The notes under the pieces: generated by a model
Told to the model about the DNA's origin: nothing
The model's input: only the letters and a program-made list of their open reading frames with translations
The model's database searches: none
Virus record (IMG/VR): IMGVR_UViG_3300032330_001259
Coordinates: 1-52,369 of that record
DNA: 52,369 nt
Reading direction: 5' to 3' (one strand)
Source of the DNA: a virus
Taxonomy: Duplodnaviria > Caudoviricetes
Shown: positions 19,633 to 32,276 of the stretch, one piece after another
Layout: each line of letters opens with the position of its first letter
Position numbering within the stretch: position 1 is the stretch's first letter
Made by a program: the position numbers and the translations under genes

Positions 19633-22600
19633 ATGCTTTATAACACATTATTAGCTAACACATATAACAATACATATCAGAAGTTATTTGCATGGGGAAG
19701 TGCGACTAATGGTATGGCAAATATATATCCAATCACTGATAGATCGTCTCCCGTACAGGTTGGTGCATCCTATTGGAAGAAAATAGTAAGTTCTTTCGAT
19801 ACTGTTGCAGCTATTAAAAGCGATAACACTCTTTGGACTTGGGGATACGGAAGTTATGGGCAGTTAGGGGACAATTTAACACGTGATTATTCTGTACCAG
19901 CTGCACTAGATACTAATTCTTGGACCGTAATAAGCTTACCATCAAGAGATCATGTACTGGCAATAAGAGATAACGGTACTCTATGGGGATGGGGAACTAA
20001 CACATATGGTCAACTAGGTAATAACAGCGTTAATGCTGCTTTTACTCCAACACCGATTGCACCTACTAAGAGTTGGACTGCTATATCAAGCAATTATAAT
20101 AGATCAGCAGGAATAGACACACTTGGACAATTATGGACCTGGGGATATCCTCTCCTTAACGGTAGTGGACAGAAGTCGATAGACTTCTATCCGCAGGTTG
20201 GAGACTTTGGTAAATCTAGAAGCAGTCCTGTACAAGTTGGATTAAGTTGGAGCCAGCTTTCACTAGGAAAAGCCTTTGGTGCGGGTAGATTATCAGATGG
20301 GTCAATCTGGGCATGGGGTGATAACTCAACAAGCATGATTCCTGGTTGGCCAACTAGTAATTATACAAATTCACCAGTTCCTATATTTGCGGCTAATAGT
20401 TATACTACATTTAGTGCAGGAGTAAGCAACATATTTGCCATAGATTCTCTTGGAAGACTTTATGGTTGGGGGTTAGCAACTAGTGGTCAAATGGGTAATA
20501 ATACCACTGGTGTTGGAACTATAGTACAAGTAATGGGATCTTGGACCGCAGTATCAGCAGGTGATCTTCATGTTTTAGCTATAAGATCTGATAAGAGTCT
20601 ATGGGCATGGGGCAATAATGCTGTTGGACAGTTAGGTGATGGCGGACTAGTTGGTAGATCTTCACCAGTACAAGTAATGTCCTATAGTGGAACACCATCT
20701 TATAGCGTATTTTTTAGTGGTGTTGCTGATTACTTACAAACTGATTATCTATCTACTCTTGCGTTTGGTACTAATGATTGGACTATAGAATTTTGGTCAT
20801 ACCTAATTCCAAGTACAAACGTTCGTCAAGATTGGATAGATCTATCATCAAATGTTAGTACCAATTATAGAATGATATTGTTGTATGATGGTACTAACAT
20901 TATATATTACAACGGAGAAGTTGGATATACCCAATCAAATAAGATTATAGTTCTAACAGCATTTAATACTCTAGCTTATCAGTGGAATCATATAGCGATT
21001 TCAAGAGCAGCAGGTACTACTAGGATATTCATAAATGGTATCTCGATCGGAGCATATACCGATCCTTGGAACCCTATCGGAACATATAGGCTTACTGTTG
21101 GTAGAGATCCAAACGGCAGTACTTATTCAACACAATTTATGTCTAATCTCCGTATCATTAACGGCGGTGGAATATATAGCACAAACTTCACTCCACCAAC
21201 TGGCGATCTAACTACAACTGTATCAGCTGGAACAGTGGCTATATTAGCATTACAGTCATCAACATTTATTGATAACTCAGTTAATAATACCACTATATAC
21301 AGATTCGGAGTTCCTACTATATCCAATACGATTCATCTCCCATATAACAGGACTGGATTTACATCTTTTTCAATGATTAGTGCTGGATTGAGCAGTAGCG
21401 TTGCTATAGATACAACAGGTAAATTATATGCATGGGGAATTAATAATTATGGACAAGTAGGGGATAATACTACTTTTAACAAGTATTATCCGGTGATGAT
21501 TGATAGCAATAGTTGGAATTCAATCGCGAGTTCTTACAACGTAAACTTTGCTATTAAATCCGATAAGACTCTATGGACATGGGGAACTGGTGATTATGGT
21601 ACTAATGGCACTGGAATAAACTCATTAAGCATGAGCACACCATCTAGCGTTGCGTTATCTCCAACATCATGGAGCAAGATATATGTCACAGATAGCCATG
21701 GCGTTGGTATTAAAACAGATGGATCATTATGGGGTTGGGGATTAAACACTTCAAATCAAATTGGAAATACTATCACAACAAACTATAACACATATTTTCC
21801 AATACAGATAGCAGCAAGCAGACCAGCAGGTTCAGCTTGGAGTGCTGTAGCATTAAACGATCTAGGCGGGTTAGCTGTTACTCAGGATGGTAAAGTATTT
21901 GGATGGGGCAAGCAGACAGTAAACCTCATGCCTGATCAATTAGTATACGGTAGCAGAGCTGCATTTACTGGTAGTGATAGGTTTGCACAAAATTACGGTT
22001 TAATACAGATGGGCACGATTACATGGCCAACTGATAGAAAAAAATTCTCAGCTGGTGGAACTGATGTTAGACACATAATCGACAGTAATGGCGGATTATG
22101 GGCATGGGGGGCTAACAATTCCGGAGCTATCGGTATACCACAAACTGTTGCAACTTTTCCTTCAATAATTAAAGTAAACAACAGTAGCTGGAGTGCGGTA
22201 GAAAGTGGAACTAGTTGGACATATGCTATCGATGCAAGTGGTCGATTATTTGCATGGGGTAACAATTCAAATGGAGTGTTGGCTGATAATACTGTTATTG
22301 CTAGATCAAGTCCCGTACAAGTATTAGCAGGTAGTAGTTTTTCGATAGTCTCTTCGGGCTCGGCGCAGGGTATGGCTATCGATATTATAGGTAGATTGTG
22401 GATTTGGGGATTAGGCACTAGTGGCCAGCTAGGAGATGTTACAGTTGTTAGTAAATCAAGTCCTGTACAGGTAGCTAGTGTAAATCCTACACCGTTTAAT
22501 ACTAGTACATATAGCGTTAAATTTAGTGGCGGTGCTGAATATATATCGATGCCAAACAATGCAATATTTGCTTTTGGTGCAGGTGATTTTACTATCGAAT

Positions 22601-25600
22601 GTTGGATATATACTAATGCTAACAATGGCGCCATTCAATATATATACGATAGTAGGACTGCCGCAACACAGGGTCTTTATCCAGCATGGTATATAGATGC
22701 TGCATATCTATTAACATATTATGTAAGTACTGCTGCTAGATTAGTTAGTACAGCTCTATCGCCAGGTGTTTGGTATCATGTAGCACTTAGTAGGGTCAGC
22801 GGAAATACTTCTCAATATGTTAATGGTGTACAAAATCCAGCAGCAACTACATATGCAGAAGGTACTTTAATTAGTAGTACTACTATAACTACAATCGGAG
22901 CAATGGCACTTACTGTAGGTACACTAGGATTCAAGGGATATATTAGCAACTTCCGTATAGTCAAGGGATTAGGCGTATATACGGGAGCATTTACTCTGCC
23001 GACTAGTGCATTAACAACGACACAAAGTTCAGGAACTAATATACAGGCAATAACTACCCAAACTGTGTTCTTATCATTGCAAAATTCTACTATTATAGAT
23101 AATAGTAGCACAGCTATTACTATTACTAGGGTCAATAATCCATTACCAATAGCAGGAAACGGTACTCCTATTAGTTGGACTGCTGTAGCCGGAAATGTTA
23201 ATGCTGTAGCTGCTATTGACACTGTTGGAAGATTGTGGGCATGGGGATTAGGTACTAGTGGTCAGATCGGTGACGGTGCTGCTATCAATAGAAGTCGTCC
23301 TACACTAGTATCTATGCCTATTGGTAGTAGTTTTACTGCGATTGCGGCCGTTGGTGGAGAATCAACATTCTATGCCATAGACACACTTGGCAAATTATGG
23401 GGATGGGGAGCAAATAGTAACACGTTCCTCGGTGACGGTACAGCTGGTGCAAAGAGTTCACCGATACAGATCGGAACAGGAACTAGCTATACCGCAGTAT
23501 ATAGTAGTGTTGGTGCTAGCACTATAGCTGCAAGAGAAAGTACTGGAACATGGAGAATATGGGGCCTCAATACTAGTGGTCAATTAGGTAATGGTACTAT
23601 AACTAACCAAACATTAGTTACAAACGGGTTTACCGCTGCGGCACTTGCACAATTTGATGGGGCGCTGACTGCTGTATTCCCTGGATTAAATCAAACCTTT
23701 GCAGTAGATAGTAAAGGTAATCTATGGGGATGGGGAGCTAATGGTACAACTTCCTCTGTAGGAAATTTCTTTAATTCGGGTGTAGTTTATTCATATCCAC
23801 AGATGGTAGGGTTAGGTAACTATAGTTGGACCGCAGTAGCAGCAGGAATCAGCAATACAGCACTAATAAGTACTACTGGAACTTTGCTAGTATGCGGCGT
23901 CCCTACTAACGGTGCGTTGGGCAACAACAATGTTGCTATCAGTGGTCCTAGTATCGTTAAATATGGTCCAACTACTAGCAGCTGGAGTGCTGTTGATGTT
24001 GGAACTGGACATATAATCGCCCTCGATAGTTTGAAGAAGTTATGGACATGGGGGTTAGGTACTAGTGGACAGATTGGCAATGCTGCTGTAGTAACTGCTC
24101 TAAGCGTAAGTTCACCTGTAGCAATATCATCAACTAGTAGCTTTACTATAGTCAGTGCTAAACTTACTACATCGTACGCAATAGATATCACAGGAAAACT
24201 TTGGGCATGGGGCCTTGGAACTAGTGGGCAGATTGGTGATCTTACTATTGTTAGCAAATCTGCTCCAACTGCTGTGCTTCCATTAGGAATTAGCTTTACT
24301 ACAGTAGGCTCTACTAGAAATAACGAAGTATTTGCTATAGATAATCTAGGTAAACTCTATGCTTGGGGATTAGGCACTAGTGGCCAGCTAGGAACTGGTG
24401 GCGTATTAACACTATCAAGTCCATTGCAGATTGGTACAGGAACTAGCTATACAACACTTGGTGGAGGTGGATATTTTGGTGGGCTTGCATTTACTAGCGC
24501 AGGTGTATTACATGGTTGGGCAGGTACTACAGGTACTACAAATACAACACTATATAATCAATTCTTGGCTGGATTTCCAGGTGCACCATTACAAATTGGA
24601 ACTAGCAGCTGGAACGCAGTTAGTTCTAATGGAGATTCAACACCAACAACAACAACGATAGCAGTAGATATCAATGGTAAAGCATATGCTTGGGGATTTA
24701 ATTACAGCGGGCAATTAGGTGATGGTACTATTATTCATCGTTCAAGTCCAGTCCAGATCGGTGCAGGTAGCAGCTTTACAGCAGTTAGTGCCGGAACTAA
24801 TAATGGTGCTTTAATTAGACTCGACGGATCAATGCTTGGATTTGGTACTAATGCCACTTATGGTATAGGTGATGGCACTATTGTGAGCAGAAGCGCCCCT
24901 ACAATGGTCTATGGAAAAATGTCCTGGACTATGGTTACAGTTGGAATTGGTTCTAATTACGCAGGTGTTACTACAGACGGTGGGTTGTGGACTTGGGGAG
25001 GAAATCAATCCGGAATATTGGGTAACGGACTTAGTGATTTAACTACTTGGAGATGGTATCCTAATAAGATAGGTATTAGCAGTTGGTCTGCTGTAGCAGT
25101 TAGCGAGACAGCTATGGCAGGAATAGATGCATTAGGTCGTTTGCTTACTTGGGGTGATAATACATATGGACAGCTTGGCGATAGTACGATTGTTAATCGT
25201 TCAAGTCCGGTAGCAATTGGTTCTAGCAGTTGGACGATGGTTACCACAGGAAGTAACAATTTTTATGCTATTGATACAACTGGTCGATTATTTGCATGGG
25301 GAATTAACACTGTTGGTCAACTTGGTGATAATACGATTGTTAATAAATCAAGTCCTGTCCTTATTGGTACTGGAAAAGTCTTTATTTCAATAGCAGCAGG
25401 TCCATCACATGCAGTTGCGGTTGATAATGCCGGAGGAGTGTGGATTTGGGGAAATAATGCTAATTATCAGCTAGGTAGTGGTACTCTTGTTAATAGATCA
25501 AGCCCAGTACAGATTGGTACAGGGTATAGCACTACACGAAACAGATTATTAGCAGGTATATTTGTCGCTGGTGCAATTACTAGCACAAATTCAATTAATA

Positions 25601-28600
25601 TTTGGGGAAGTAGCGGAAATGAAGAGCTAGGAATAGATTTAAAATCAACTGCTGTACAGATAGCAGGATCTTGGACTGATGTTGCAAGTGGAGCAAGTCA
25701 TATAGTAGCCCTAAAATCAGACGGTAGAATTTGGGCTTGGGGCAATAATGCTGTTGGACAATTAGGTGACAACACTGTCATTAATCGTTCAAGTCCTGTA
25801 CAAATCGGTACTAATAGTTGGAACGCTATTTCAACTACTGATAATTCGACTGTTGCTGTTAGAAATGATGGAACATTGTGGGCATGGGGATATGGAGGAG
25901 CTTACGCCGTTGGTGATGGAACAAATACTAGTAGATCAAGTCCAGTTGTTATAGCGTATAGTTGGAGACAGGTATTATTAAACACCAGTGTTGTTATGGC
26001 ATTAAACAGTGGTGGACAATTATGGATGTGGGGATCTGGAGCTAGTAGCTTATTCCCTGGAGATGCTACTGCTAATAATAGATCTGCTCCAAGCCAAGTA
26101 ATAACTGACAAAAGTTTTACTATGATTGGACTAGGAACTACAGCTCTTTTTGCTTTAGATACGATTGGTAGATTATGGGGATGGGGTAATAGCGTCGGTG
26201 ATAATACATCGACCACTTATACTTCACCAGTTCTAGTTAGTACTCCAGTAGGAGTCAGTTGGTCAATGATATCAGCTGGGGCTAATAATTATTTTGGTAT
26301 AGATACAACAGGTCTTCTATGGGGATGGGGCGGCGCTTTACAAAACGGAGTAGCACCAGTTACTAGTGGAACACAAACACTTCTTCCTACTAAATTAGGT
26401 CCAATTCCAAATGCAACATCTGATAAAAACTATGTTAAGATAGTGTATGGTGGAAGGAACACTTGTGGATTTGCTATAGATGATCAAAGTCGCTTATGGG
26501 CTTGGGGGTATAATAACTGGGGGCAACTTGGTCAAAATGATGTCGTTCAACGATCGTCGCCAGTGCAAGTTGCAGGGTTATATTCAAGCGTTGCTTCTGG
26601 TGGAGATGGCAATGTGTTTGGTATACAAACTAATGGAACATTATGGGCATGGGGATATGATAATGGCGGTTCTGGATATCTAGGGTTCGGTGGCGTTGGC
26701 AGTGACAGATCTGCTCCTGTGCAGATTGCATCTGGAACTAGTTTTACGTTAGTAAAGGCAAAAGAAAATCAAGGCGGAATAGCAATATCTATCAATGGGA
26801 CTATGTTTACATGGGGGACAAATAGCAGCGGAGAGGGCGGAGTTAATTCTGTCGCCAATCCTATAACAACTCCTACTGCACTAGCTTCACCATATAACGC
26901 ATATATCTGGAGTACAGCTTCATGTAGTCTTAATGCTGTAATGGCTATTAGGAATGATGGTACACTATGGAGCTGGGGTAACAATGCTGCTGGACAATTA
27001 GGGTTAGGCGATATAGCTAATAGATCATTGCCGGTACAGGTGATGTCGAATTCAACTAGACGCTGGTCTCAAGTAAGTATAGCAGTAAGCCACGCAGCAG
27101 CTATCGATACAAATGGAAATCTATGGGTTTGGGGATATAATAACGTTGGCCAATTAGGCCTAGGTGATATTCTAAACAGATCCACGCCGACACAGGTTGG
27201 AACATTGAGCTGGAGCGGCATACATGCTGGTACTAGCAATATAGTTGGAATAAGCGGTGGACAGCTATACTGTTTAGGAGGAACATATCCAGGGGATGGA
27301 ACAAATACTACTAGATCCAGCCCTGTAGCAGTGTTATCAGGAACAAACTTACTCAGTACAGATGATAGTTTTTCAGCTAATGGTGGATTTATTAGATCAG
27401 ATGCACAAACTCATATATATGCGTGGGGCGATACTAGTAATGGTAGAATACACCAATTAGACGGTGGTAGTCATAGCGCACCTTTTTATCCTGTGCTAAC
27501 ACATTATAATTCATATTATTCATGGACTAGTGTATCATGTAAATCAAGCAGTGTATCTGCATTAAGATCAGACGGAACGCTGTGGAATTGGGGAATTGGT
27601 ACCAATGGTCAGTTAGGTATAGGATGGTCTTCGTCAACGGGACTTGCTACGCAAGTAATGAGTGGTTATAGCATTAAACAATCAGTAATAGCTGACGTTA
27701 ACGGATTTGTGATCACAAACGATGGTAAGATGTACTCGTCAGGATTTAATGGTACTGGAGAATTAGGATTAGGACATACCCGAACTAGTGTTTATACTAT
27801 AAGTTCCCCAGTACAAGTTGGAACTAAGACTTGGGCTTCAGTGATGATAGGATTTAGTAATACCTGGGCTGTTGATACTAATAGTAGATTATGGGCTTGG
27901 GGTGCTGGAAACTTGGGTCAGCTAGGTAATAATAGTGTAATGGGCGCTAGTGACCTTGGATATCAGATACCCGGAAGCTGGACTACAGTATCAGGAGATG
28001 GTGTTGTTGCTGCTATTAAAACCGACGGAACACTTTGGACTTGGGGATATACTGGAATTGGTCAGGGTTATGCTATCGGTGAAAATTATAACTTAAATAG
28101 ATCTAATCCGGTGCAGATTCCAGGTAGTTGGATTGCTGTAGAAGCAAGAGGAAATCTAAGCTATCCATCAGTGTTGGGAATAAAAACTGATAGAACTCTA
28201 TGGGGATGGGGTGATAATTATAATGGTCAATTAGGACTCAGTAATACAAACACTGGAAGGTCTCCAGTACAGGTTTCTACAGCGTATGGATATAACGGTT
28301 CATGGACTATGATATCAATGGGAGGACAGGGCGGCGGAGGAAGCTCAGGTTTTGGAGGAAACGGCAGTACTGTAGCTATTGATGCGATCGGAAGATTGTG
28401 GACCTGGGGTCAAGGTACTGCTGGACTTGCCGGCGATGGTGGATCTACTACTAGGAACTATCCAAATATGATCGCACCTAGTAATACATATACTAATCTA
28501 CCAGGATCATGGACAATGGTATCAATGGGAGGGTATCATGCAGCAGCTATCGCATTCAATGGATCATTATGGGCATGGGGGTTAAACACTACCGGCCAGC

Positions 28601-29790
28601 TCGGAACAGGTGATATATTGAATACTAGTATTCCAACTCAAATTGGAGTAGGTATTTCATGGGTATCAGTTAGTGCATTGGCTAGTGGAACGATTGCTGT
28701 AGATTCAAATCAAAACTATTACTTTACAGGTGATATAGGGTATGCCAATTTAAGCGGATCAAATATAGCTAGATCAAACTTGACACAGATATCTTCAATC
28801 ACTAATGGATCTGCTGTTTTACCAAAAGGAACAGCACAAACAGGTGTTTCAATGTACGGATATCTAGATAATAGTGGATATCTGAGAGTAGCAGGACAAA
28901 CATTAGGTGGCCACTACAGTAGATCAGGAGGGTTTAATCAGTATGATTATAACTTAATACCAACAACAACATCATTTGTAACAGTCGATGCAGGAAGTGG
29001 TACTAGAGGAATGATAGCATTGGATGCTGCTGGTAATGCATATGTATGGGGAAACAATACTAACGGAACGTTAGGTATTTATGATACTGCTTCTCGCAGT
29101 TCTCCTACACTAGTGTCTTCAAGAGCAGTTGGTGGATATCTTTATTCATGGTCAGCAGTAGCAAGTGGGGATGCTTTTATAGCTTTATCGGATCCTTCAG
29201 GAAACGTATTTTTTACTGGATATAATGGAGATGGACGCTTAGGTGTTAGAGATACAGCTAACAGAAGTGCTCCTTCACAAGTATTAACTGGTGGATCCTT
29301 TAGATCTGTATCAGGTGGGGCTTCACATGTAATAGCCCTTGATAAATTCGGTAAATTGTATTACTGGGGGTATAATGGGTATACAGTTACTGTAGCACCT
29401 GCATTAATAAGCTCACCATATACCAATAATGCATTTAAATCAATATCGGCTATGGGGCGTAACTCAGTAGCTATCGATACCAAAGGTGCCTTATACCTTT
29501 ACGGTCCGGGTGGAAGTCCTACTGGATTAACCACATACACATTCACACCAATAGATGCAAATCAAGGAAGTTGGGTAACAGCAGGCCTTACTAACAACGG
29601 ATCTACGCTAGCAGCAATTAAGTCAGATGGTTCATTATGGCTCTGGGGATCTAATAATGCATCAGGGCAACTAGCACAGAATAATACAGCCGTATATTCA
29701 TCAATAGTTGTTGTTGGTACATCAAAATGGGCAGCTATAGGAGCAACGAGAGCTGATATCAATTTCGCATTGACTATATCATCTTCTTAA
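19633..29790 (+). CDS. Giant RCC1/BLIP-II repeat beta-propeller protein with two inserted LamG domains
   Basis: 3385 aa; dozens of approx. 50-aa repeats G.LW.WG.N..GQLG......SSPVQ...SW..VS.G; LamG inserts near 20700-21340 and 22500-23150. Confidence 0.9.
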   Translation: MLYNTLLANTYNNTYQKLFAWGSATNGMANIYPITDRSSPVQVGASYWKKIVSSFDTVAAIKSDNTLWTWGYGSYGQLGDNLTRDYSVPAALDTNSWTVISLPSRDHVLAIRDNGTLWGWGTNTYGQLGNNSVNAAFTPTPIAPTKSWTAISSNYNRSAGIDTLGQLWTWGYPLLNGSGQKSIDFYPQVGDFGKSRSSPVQVGLSWSQLSLGKAFGAGRLSDGSIWAWGDNSTSMIPGWPTSNYTNSPVPIFAANSYTTFSAGVSNIFAIDSLGRLYGWGLATSGQMGNNTTGVGTIVQVMGSWTAVSAGDLHVLAIRSDKSLWAWGNNAVGQLGDGGLVGRSSPVQVMSYSGTPSYSVFFSGVADYLQTDYLSTLAFGTNDWTIEFWSYLIPSTNVRQDWIDLSSNVSTNYRMILLYDGTNIIYYNGEVGYTQSNKIIVLTAFNTLAYQWNHIAISRAAGTTRIFINGISIGAYTDPWNPIGTYRLTVGRDPNGSTYSTQFMSNLRIINGGGIYSTNFTPPTGDLTTTVSAGTVAILALQSSTFIDNSVNNTTIYRFGVPTISNTIHLPYNRTGFTSFSMISAGLSSSVAIDTTGKLYAWGINNYGQVGDNTTFNKYYPVMIDSNSWNSIASSYNVNFAIKSDKTLWTWGTGDYGTNGTGINSLSMSTPSSVALSPTSWSKIYVTDSHGVGIKTDGSLWGWGLNTSNQIGNTITTNYNTYFPIQIAASRPAGSAWSAVALNDLGGLAVTQDGKVFGWGKQTVNLMPDQLVYGSRAAFTGSDRFAQNYGLIQMGTITWPTDRKKFSAGGTDVRHIIDSNGGLWAWGANNSGAIGIPQTVATFPSIIKVNNSSWSAVESGTSWTYAIDASGRLFAWGNNSNGVLADNTVIARSSPVQVLAGSSFSIVSSGSAQGMAIDIIGRLWIWGLGTSGQLGDVTVVSKSSPVQVASVNPTPFNTSTYSVKFSGGAEYISMPNNAIFAFGAGDFTIECWIYTNANNGAIQYIYDSRTAATQGLYPAWYIDAAYLLTYYVSTAARLVSTALSPGVWYHVALSRVSGNTSQYVNGVQNPAATTYAEGTLISSTTITTIGAMALTVGTLGFKGYISNFRIVKGLGVYTGAFTLPTSALTTTQSSGTNIQAITTQTVFLSLQNSTIIDNSSTAITITRVNNPLPIAGNGTPISWTAVAGNVNAVAAIDTVGRLWAWGLGTSGQIGDGAAINRSRPTLVSMPIGSSFTAIAAVGGESTFYAIDTLGKLWGWGANSNTFLGDGTAGAKSSPIQIGTGTSYTAVYSSVGASTIAARESTGTWRIWGLNTSGQLGNGTITNQTLVTNGFTAAALAQFDGALTAVFPGLNQTFAVDSKGNLWGWGANGTTSSVGNFFNSGVVYSYPQMVGLGNYSWTAVAAGISNTALISTTGTLLVCGVPTNGALGNNNVAISGPSIVKYGPTTSSWSAVDVGTGHIIALDSLKKLWTWGLGTSGQIGNAAVVTALSVSSPVAISSTSSFTIVSAKLTTSYAIDITGKLWAWGLGTSGQIGDLTIVSKSAPTAVLPLGISFTTVGSTRNNEVFAIDNLGKLYAWGLGTSGQLGTGGVLTLSSPLQIGTGTSYTTLGGGGYFGGLAFTSAGVLHGWAGTTGTTNTTLYNQFLAGFPGAPLQIGTSSWNAVSSNGDSTPTTTTIAVDINGKAYAWGFNYSGQLGDGTIIHRSSPVQIGAGSSFTAVSAGTNNGALIRLDGSMLGFGTNATYGIGDGTIVSRSAPTMVYGKMSWTMVTVGIGSNYAGVTTDGGLWTWGGNQSGILGNGLSDLTTWRWYPNKIGISSWSAVAVSETAMAGIDALGRLLTWGDNTYGQLGDSTIVNRSSPVAIGSSSWTMVTTGSNNFYAIDTTGRLFAWGINTVGQLGDNTIVNKSSPVLIGTGKVFISIAAGPSHAVAVDNAGGVWIWGNNANYQLGSGTLVNRSSPVQIGTGYSTTRNRLLAGIFVAGAITSTNSINIWGSSGNEELGIDLKSTAVQIAGSWTDVASGASHIVALKSDGRIWAWGNNAVGQLGDNTVINRSSPVQIGTNSWNAISTTDNSTVAVRNDGTLWAWGYGGAYAVGDGTNTSRSSPVVIAYSWRQVLLNTSVVMALNSGGQLWMWGSGASSLFPGDATANNRSAPSQVITDKSFTMIGLGTTALFALDTIGRLWGWGNSVGDNTSTTYTSPVLVSTPVGVSWSMISAGANNYFGIDTTGLLWGWGGALQNGVAPVTSGTQTLLPTKLGPIPNATSDKNYVKIVYGGRNTCGFAIDDQSRLWAWGYNNWGQLGQNDVVQRSSPVQVAGLYSSVASGGDGNVFGIQTNGTLWAWGYDNGGSGYLGFGGVGSDRSAPVQIASGTSFTLVKAKENQGGIAISINGTMFTWGTNSSGEGGVNSVANPITTPTALASPYNAYIWSTASCSLNAVMAIRNDGTLWSWGNNAAGQLGLGDIANRSLPVQVMSNSTRRWSQVSIAVSHAAAIDTNGNLWVWGYNNVGQLGLGDILNRSTPTQVGTLSWSGIHAGTSNIVGISGGQLYCLGGTYPGDGTNTTRSSPVAVLSGTNLLSTDDSFSANGGFIRSDAQTHIYAWGDTSNGRIHQLDGGSHSAPFYPVLTHYNSYYSWTSVSCKSSSVSALRSDGTLWNWGIGTNGQLGIGWSSSTGLATQVMSGYSIKQSVIADVNGFVITNDGKMYSSGFNGTGELGLGHTRTSVYTISSPVQVGTKTWASVMIGFSNTWAVDTNSRLWAWGAGNLGQLGNNSVMGASDLGYQIPGSWTTVSGDGVVAAIKTDGTLWTWGYTGIGQGYAIGENYNLNRSNPVQIPGSWIAVEARGNLSYPSVLGIKTDRTLWGWGDNYNGQLGLSNTNTGRSPVQVSTAYGYNGSWTMISMGGQGGGGSSGFGGNGSTVAIDAIGRLWTWGQGTAGLAGDGGSTTRNYPNMIAPSNTYTNLPGSWTMVSMGGYHAAAIAFNGSLWAWGLNTTGQLGTGDILNTSIPTQIGVGISWVSVSALASGTIAVDSNQNYYFTGDIGYANLSGSNIARSNLTQISSITNGSAVLPKGTAQTGVSMYGYLDNSGYLRVAGQTLGGHYSRSGGFNQYDYNLIPTTTSFVTVDAGSGTRGMIALDAAGNAYVWGNNTNGTLGIYDTASRSSPTLVSSRAVGGYLYSWSAVASGDAFIALSDPSGNVFFTGYNGDGRLGVRDTANRSAPSQVLTGGSFRSVSGGASHVIALDKFGKLYYWGYNGYTVTVAPALISSPYTNNAFKSISAMGRNSVAIDTKGALYLYGPGGSPTGLTTYTFTPIDANQGSWVTAGLTNNGSTLAAIKSDGSLWLWGSNNASGQLAQNNTAVYSSIVVVGTSKWAAIGATRADINFALTISSS

Positions 29791-29798
29791 TATATAAT
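29770..29798 (+). promoter_or_regulatory. Sigma70-type promoter
   Basis: TTGACT-17 bp-TATAAT upstream of AAGGAG and ATG 29822. Confidence 0.75.
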
Positions 29799-29821
29799 AC
29801 TACTATATTAAGGAGAATACT

Positions 29822-31573
29822 ATGCATGATATCGATCTTCAATTAAAACTGATGCTCGAAGGAAATTTCGATGAGGCTTGGGAAACATCCGAAAAGCTTC
29901 AAGCAATGGGACCCGATGGAATATTAGATCCTGAAGGGAATCCAAATCCGGAGATGTGGGTTAGACATAGCTTTAACCGAGGTTGGTTTTTATTGCAACA
30001 AAACCAATATCAAGAAGGATGCCAACTACTTGAAAATGGGAGATTTATCAGTGTATACGGTAGCCCTCCGTTAAAGACATCAGCTCCAATTTTTAATCCA
30101 AATGAGCACGATATGGAGGGGAAAGGTGTTATCTTATCACTAGAAGGTGGTTATGGTGATGAATTTATCCATGCTAGATTTGCTACTTCACTAAAAAATC
30201 GTCTAGGTGCTGGAAAAGTTTATGTAGCTTGTGATCCATCTTTGTTCTCAGTTATTAGCAGGATCGAAGGGGTTGATCAGTGTATCACTAGAGCCGAATC
30301 TAACAAAGTTACACATGATTATTGGATCCCAGGGTTCAGTGCAGGTTGGTTATGTGGTCATACATTTGATGATCTCCCTTCAGGACCATATATGTCTCCA
30401 AGTTCAAAATCTGTCGAAGCTTGGAGTGAATTTATACGCACTGACAAGAAAGTAAAGGTAGGAATACGATGGGCAGGAAATCCAAAATTTGAACATCAAC
30501 AATTCCGTAAGTTTCCAGAAAATTTTATCACTGAATTAGCCAAATATGATGATATACAAGTATACAGTTTGCAAAAAGATAACAATCTAATCGATCTACC
30601 AGAAAATATCATTGATTTGCAACATCTATTAATTTCTTGGGAAGATACTATGGCTGCTATATCTAAACTAGATATAGTTATTACATCATGCACTAGTGTG
30701 GCACATATCAGTGCTGCTATGGGTAAAGAAACTTGGGTAATAGTTCCTATATTGCCATATCACACATGGGCGCTAGGAGCTCCTTATTCAAATACTAGTC
30801 CATATTATAAATCAGTCACTCTCTTCCGACAGAAGAAGAAAGGCGTATGGAACGATACATTCCAAAATCTATATCGTGCCTTTGAAGCTAGATTTGGTTT
30901 AAATTTCCTAGAACATCCTTCACAAGACAAGGAACTAAAGAGATTGAACTTAGGTTGTGGATTTAAGAAGTTTGATGATTTCCACAATGTTGATGCTTCT
31001 GACTTATGCAATCCAGACGAGATTGTAGAACTCAACAGCAAGTCGTGGCCATGGCCAGATAATGAATATGGTCATATCGTAGCCAAGGATATACTAGAAC
31101 ATCTCGGGCACGACGGTGTTAACTTCATCGATATCGTCAAAGAAATGTACCGCATCTCTAATAACGGAGCAGTGTGGGAGATCCAAGTGCCGCATCATCG
31201 TTGTGAAATAGCCTGGGACGATCCATCACATGTTCGTGTGATAACACCAAATACATTCCGCTTGTTTGATAAGAAGCGTAGTTATGAAAAGATCGTAGCA
31301 AGCGATAGCGATAGCTATCTAGCTTTCTTGCATGATATTGATATTGAAGTATGTGATGTTAAGTATGAATTTACCGATGCTTGGCAAAAGGCAGTTGAAT
31401 CAGGACAGGCTAAAGAAGAACAATTAGAATACGCTATGAATCATCTATCTAACGTGATTTTATCAACTAAGATCTTGATACAGGTACATAAGCCAGGTCG
31501 ATACACAACACAAGAAGCACACGATGCTGTTAACAAGCTAGATATGAAGATGCGAAATATAAGCAATGATTAA
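29822..31573 (+). CDS. GT9-like (heptosyltransferase-type GT-B) glycosyltransferase fused to class I SAM methyltransferase
   Basis: EGGYGDEFIHARF, KVGIRWAGNP, WEDTMAAISKLDIVITSCTSVAHISAAMGK (GT9-like); then LNLGCG, WPWPDN, DILEHL, AWDDPSH (methyltransferase). Confidence 0.75.
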   Translation: MHDIDLQLKLMLEGNFDEAWETSEKLQAMGPDGILDPEGNPNPEMWVRHSFNRGWFLLQQNQYQEGCQLLENGRFISVYGSPPLKTSAPIFNPNEHDMEGKGVILSLEGGYGDEFIHARFATSLKNRLGAGKVYVACDPSLFSVISRIEGVDQCITRAESNKVTHDYWIPGFSAGWLCGHTFDDLPSGPYMSPSSKSVEAWSEFIRTDKKVKVGIRWAGNPKFEHQQFRKFPENFITELAKYDDIQVYSLQKDNNLIDLPENIIDLQHLLISWEDTMAAISKLDIVITSCTSVAHISAAMGKETWVIVPILPYHTWALGAPYSNTSPYYKSVTLFRQKKKGVWNDTFQNLYRAFEARFGLNFLEHPSQDKELKRLNLGCGFKKFDDFHNVDASDLCNPDEIVELNSKSWPWPDNEYGHIVAKDILEHLGHDGVNFIDIVKEMYRISNNGAVWEIQVPHHRCEIAWDDPSHVRVITPNTFRLFDKKRSYEKIVASDSDSYLAFLHDIDIEVCDVKYEFTDAWQKAVESGQAKEEQLEYAMNHLSNVILSTKILIQVHKPGRYTTQEAHDAVNKLDMKMRNISND

Positions 31574-32276
31574 TCTTAACAAAAGTTTAAAATTTAGTTA
31601 TAATGTTAATGTTGATAATGCTTATATTATAACATTAAAAAATCACCAAGAATCGGAAAGATTGTCAAATGGATGTCAGCATAGTTGTCGTTCAGTTGGA
31701 ATGCCTTTCCAAGTCTGGGATGCATTTGATGGTACTAATGGTCAAGAAATAAAAGTGCCCAATCATTCAAAGAATTCTAGCTACTTATCATGGTTAAAAG
31801 TATTTGATCATCATTTAAGTATTACCGAAGTGGCTTGCTTTTTTAGCCATTTTAGCCTATGGACTAAGTGTATTGAACAAGATCAACCATTAGTAATATT
31901 AGAACACGATTCTATCATGGTAAAACCATATAAAGAACATCTAGCGTATAACAGCATAGTATATTTAGGAAGTTCTGAACAAAATAATAAAACTATGCCT
32001 GTTTTAAGCATTCCTCCACATGGTACATTAAACCATAATTACCATTTTATCTGTAGGGCACATGCATATGCCATAGATCCAATCGTTGCTAAGAATCTAG
32101 TATCTTATGCTATACAACGCGGCATTTGTGAATCATTAGATGTTATTATGAGAGCGGACCTTTTTAACATTAGCCAGTATGGCCTATATGCTTATGATCG
32201 GTTTGAAGGAACTACTATTACTAATAGGAAGAAGGATGTTCGGCTTAGTGATGATAATATTGGGAACGAGCGTTAA
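31566..32276 (+). CDS. Glycosyltransferase family 25-like protein
   Basis: AYIITL, FDG, EVACFFSHFSLW.KC, LVILEHD, AHAYAI motifs. Confidence 0.75.
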   Translation: MINLNKSLKFSYNVNVDNAYIITLKNHQESERLSNGCQHSCRSVGMPFQVWDAFDGTNGQEIKVPNHSKNSSYLSWLKVFDHHLSITEVACFFSHFSLWTKCIEQDQPLVILEHDSIMVKPYKEHLAYNSIVYLGSSEQNNKTMPVLSIPPHGTLNHNYHFICRAHAYAIDPIVAKNLVSYAIQRGICESLDVIMRADLFNISQYGLYAYDRFEGTTITNRKKDVRLSDDNIGNER

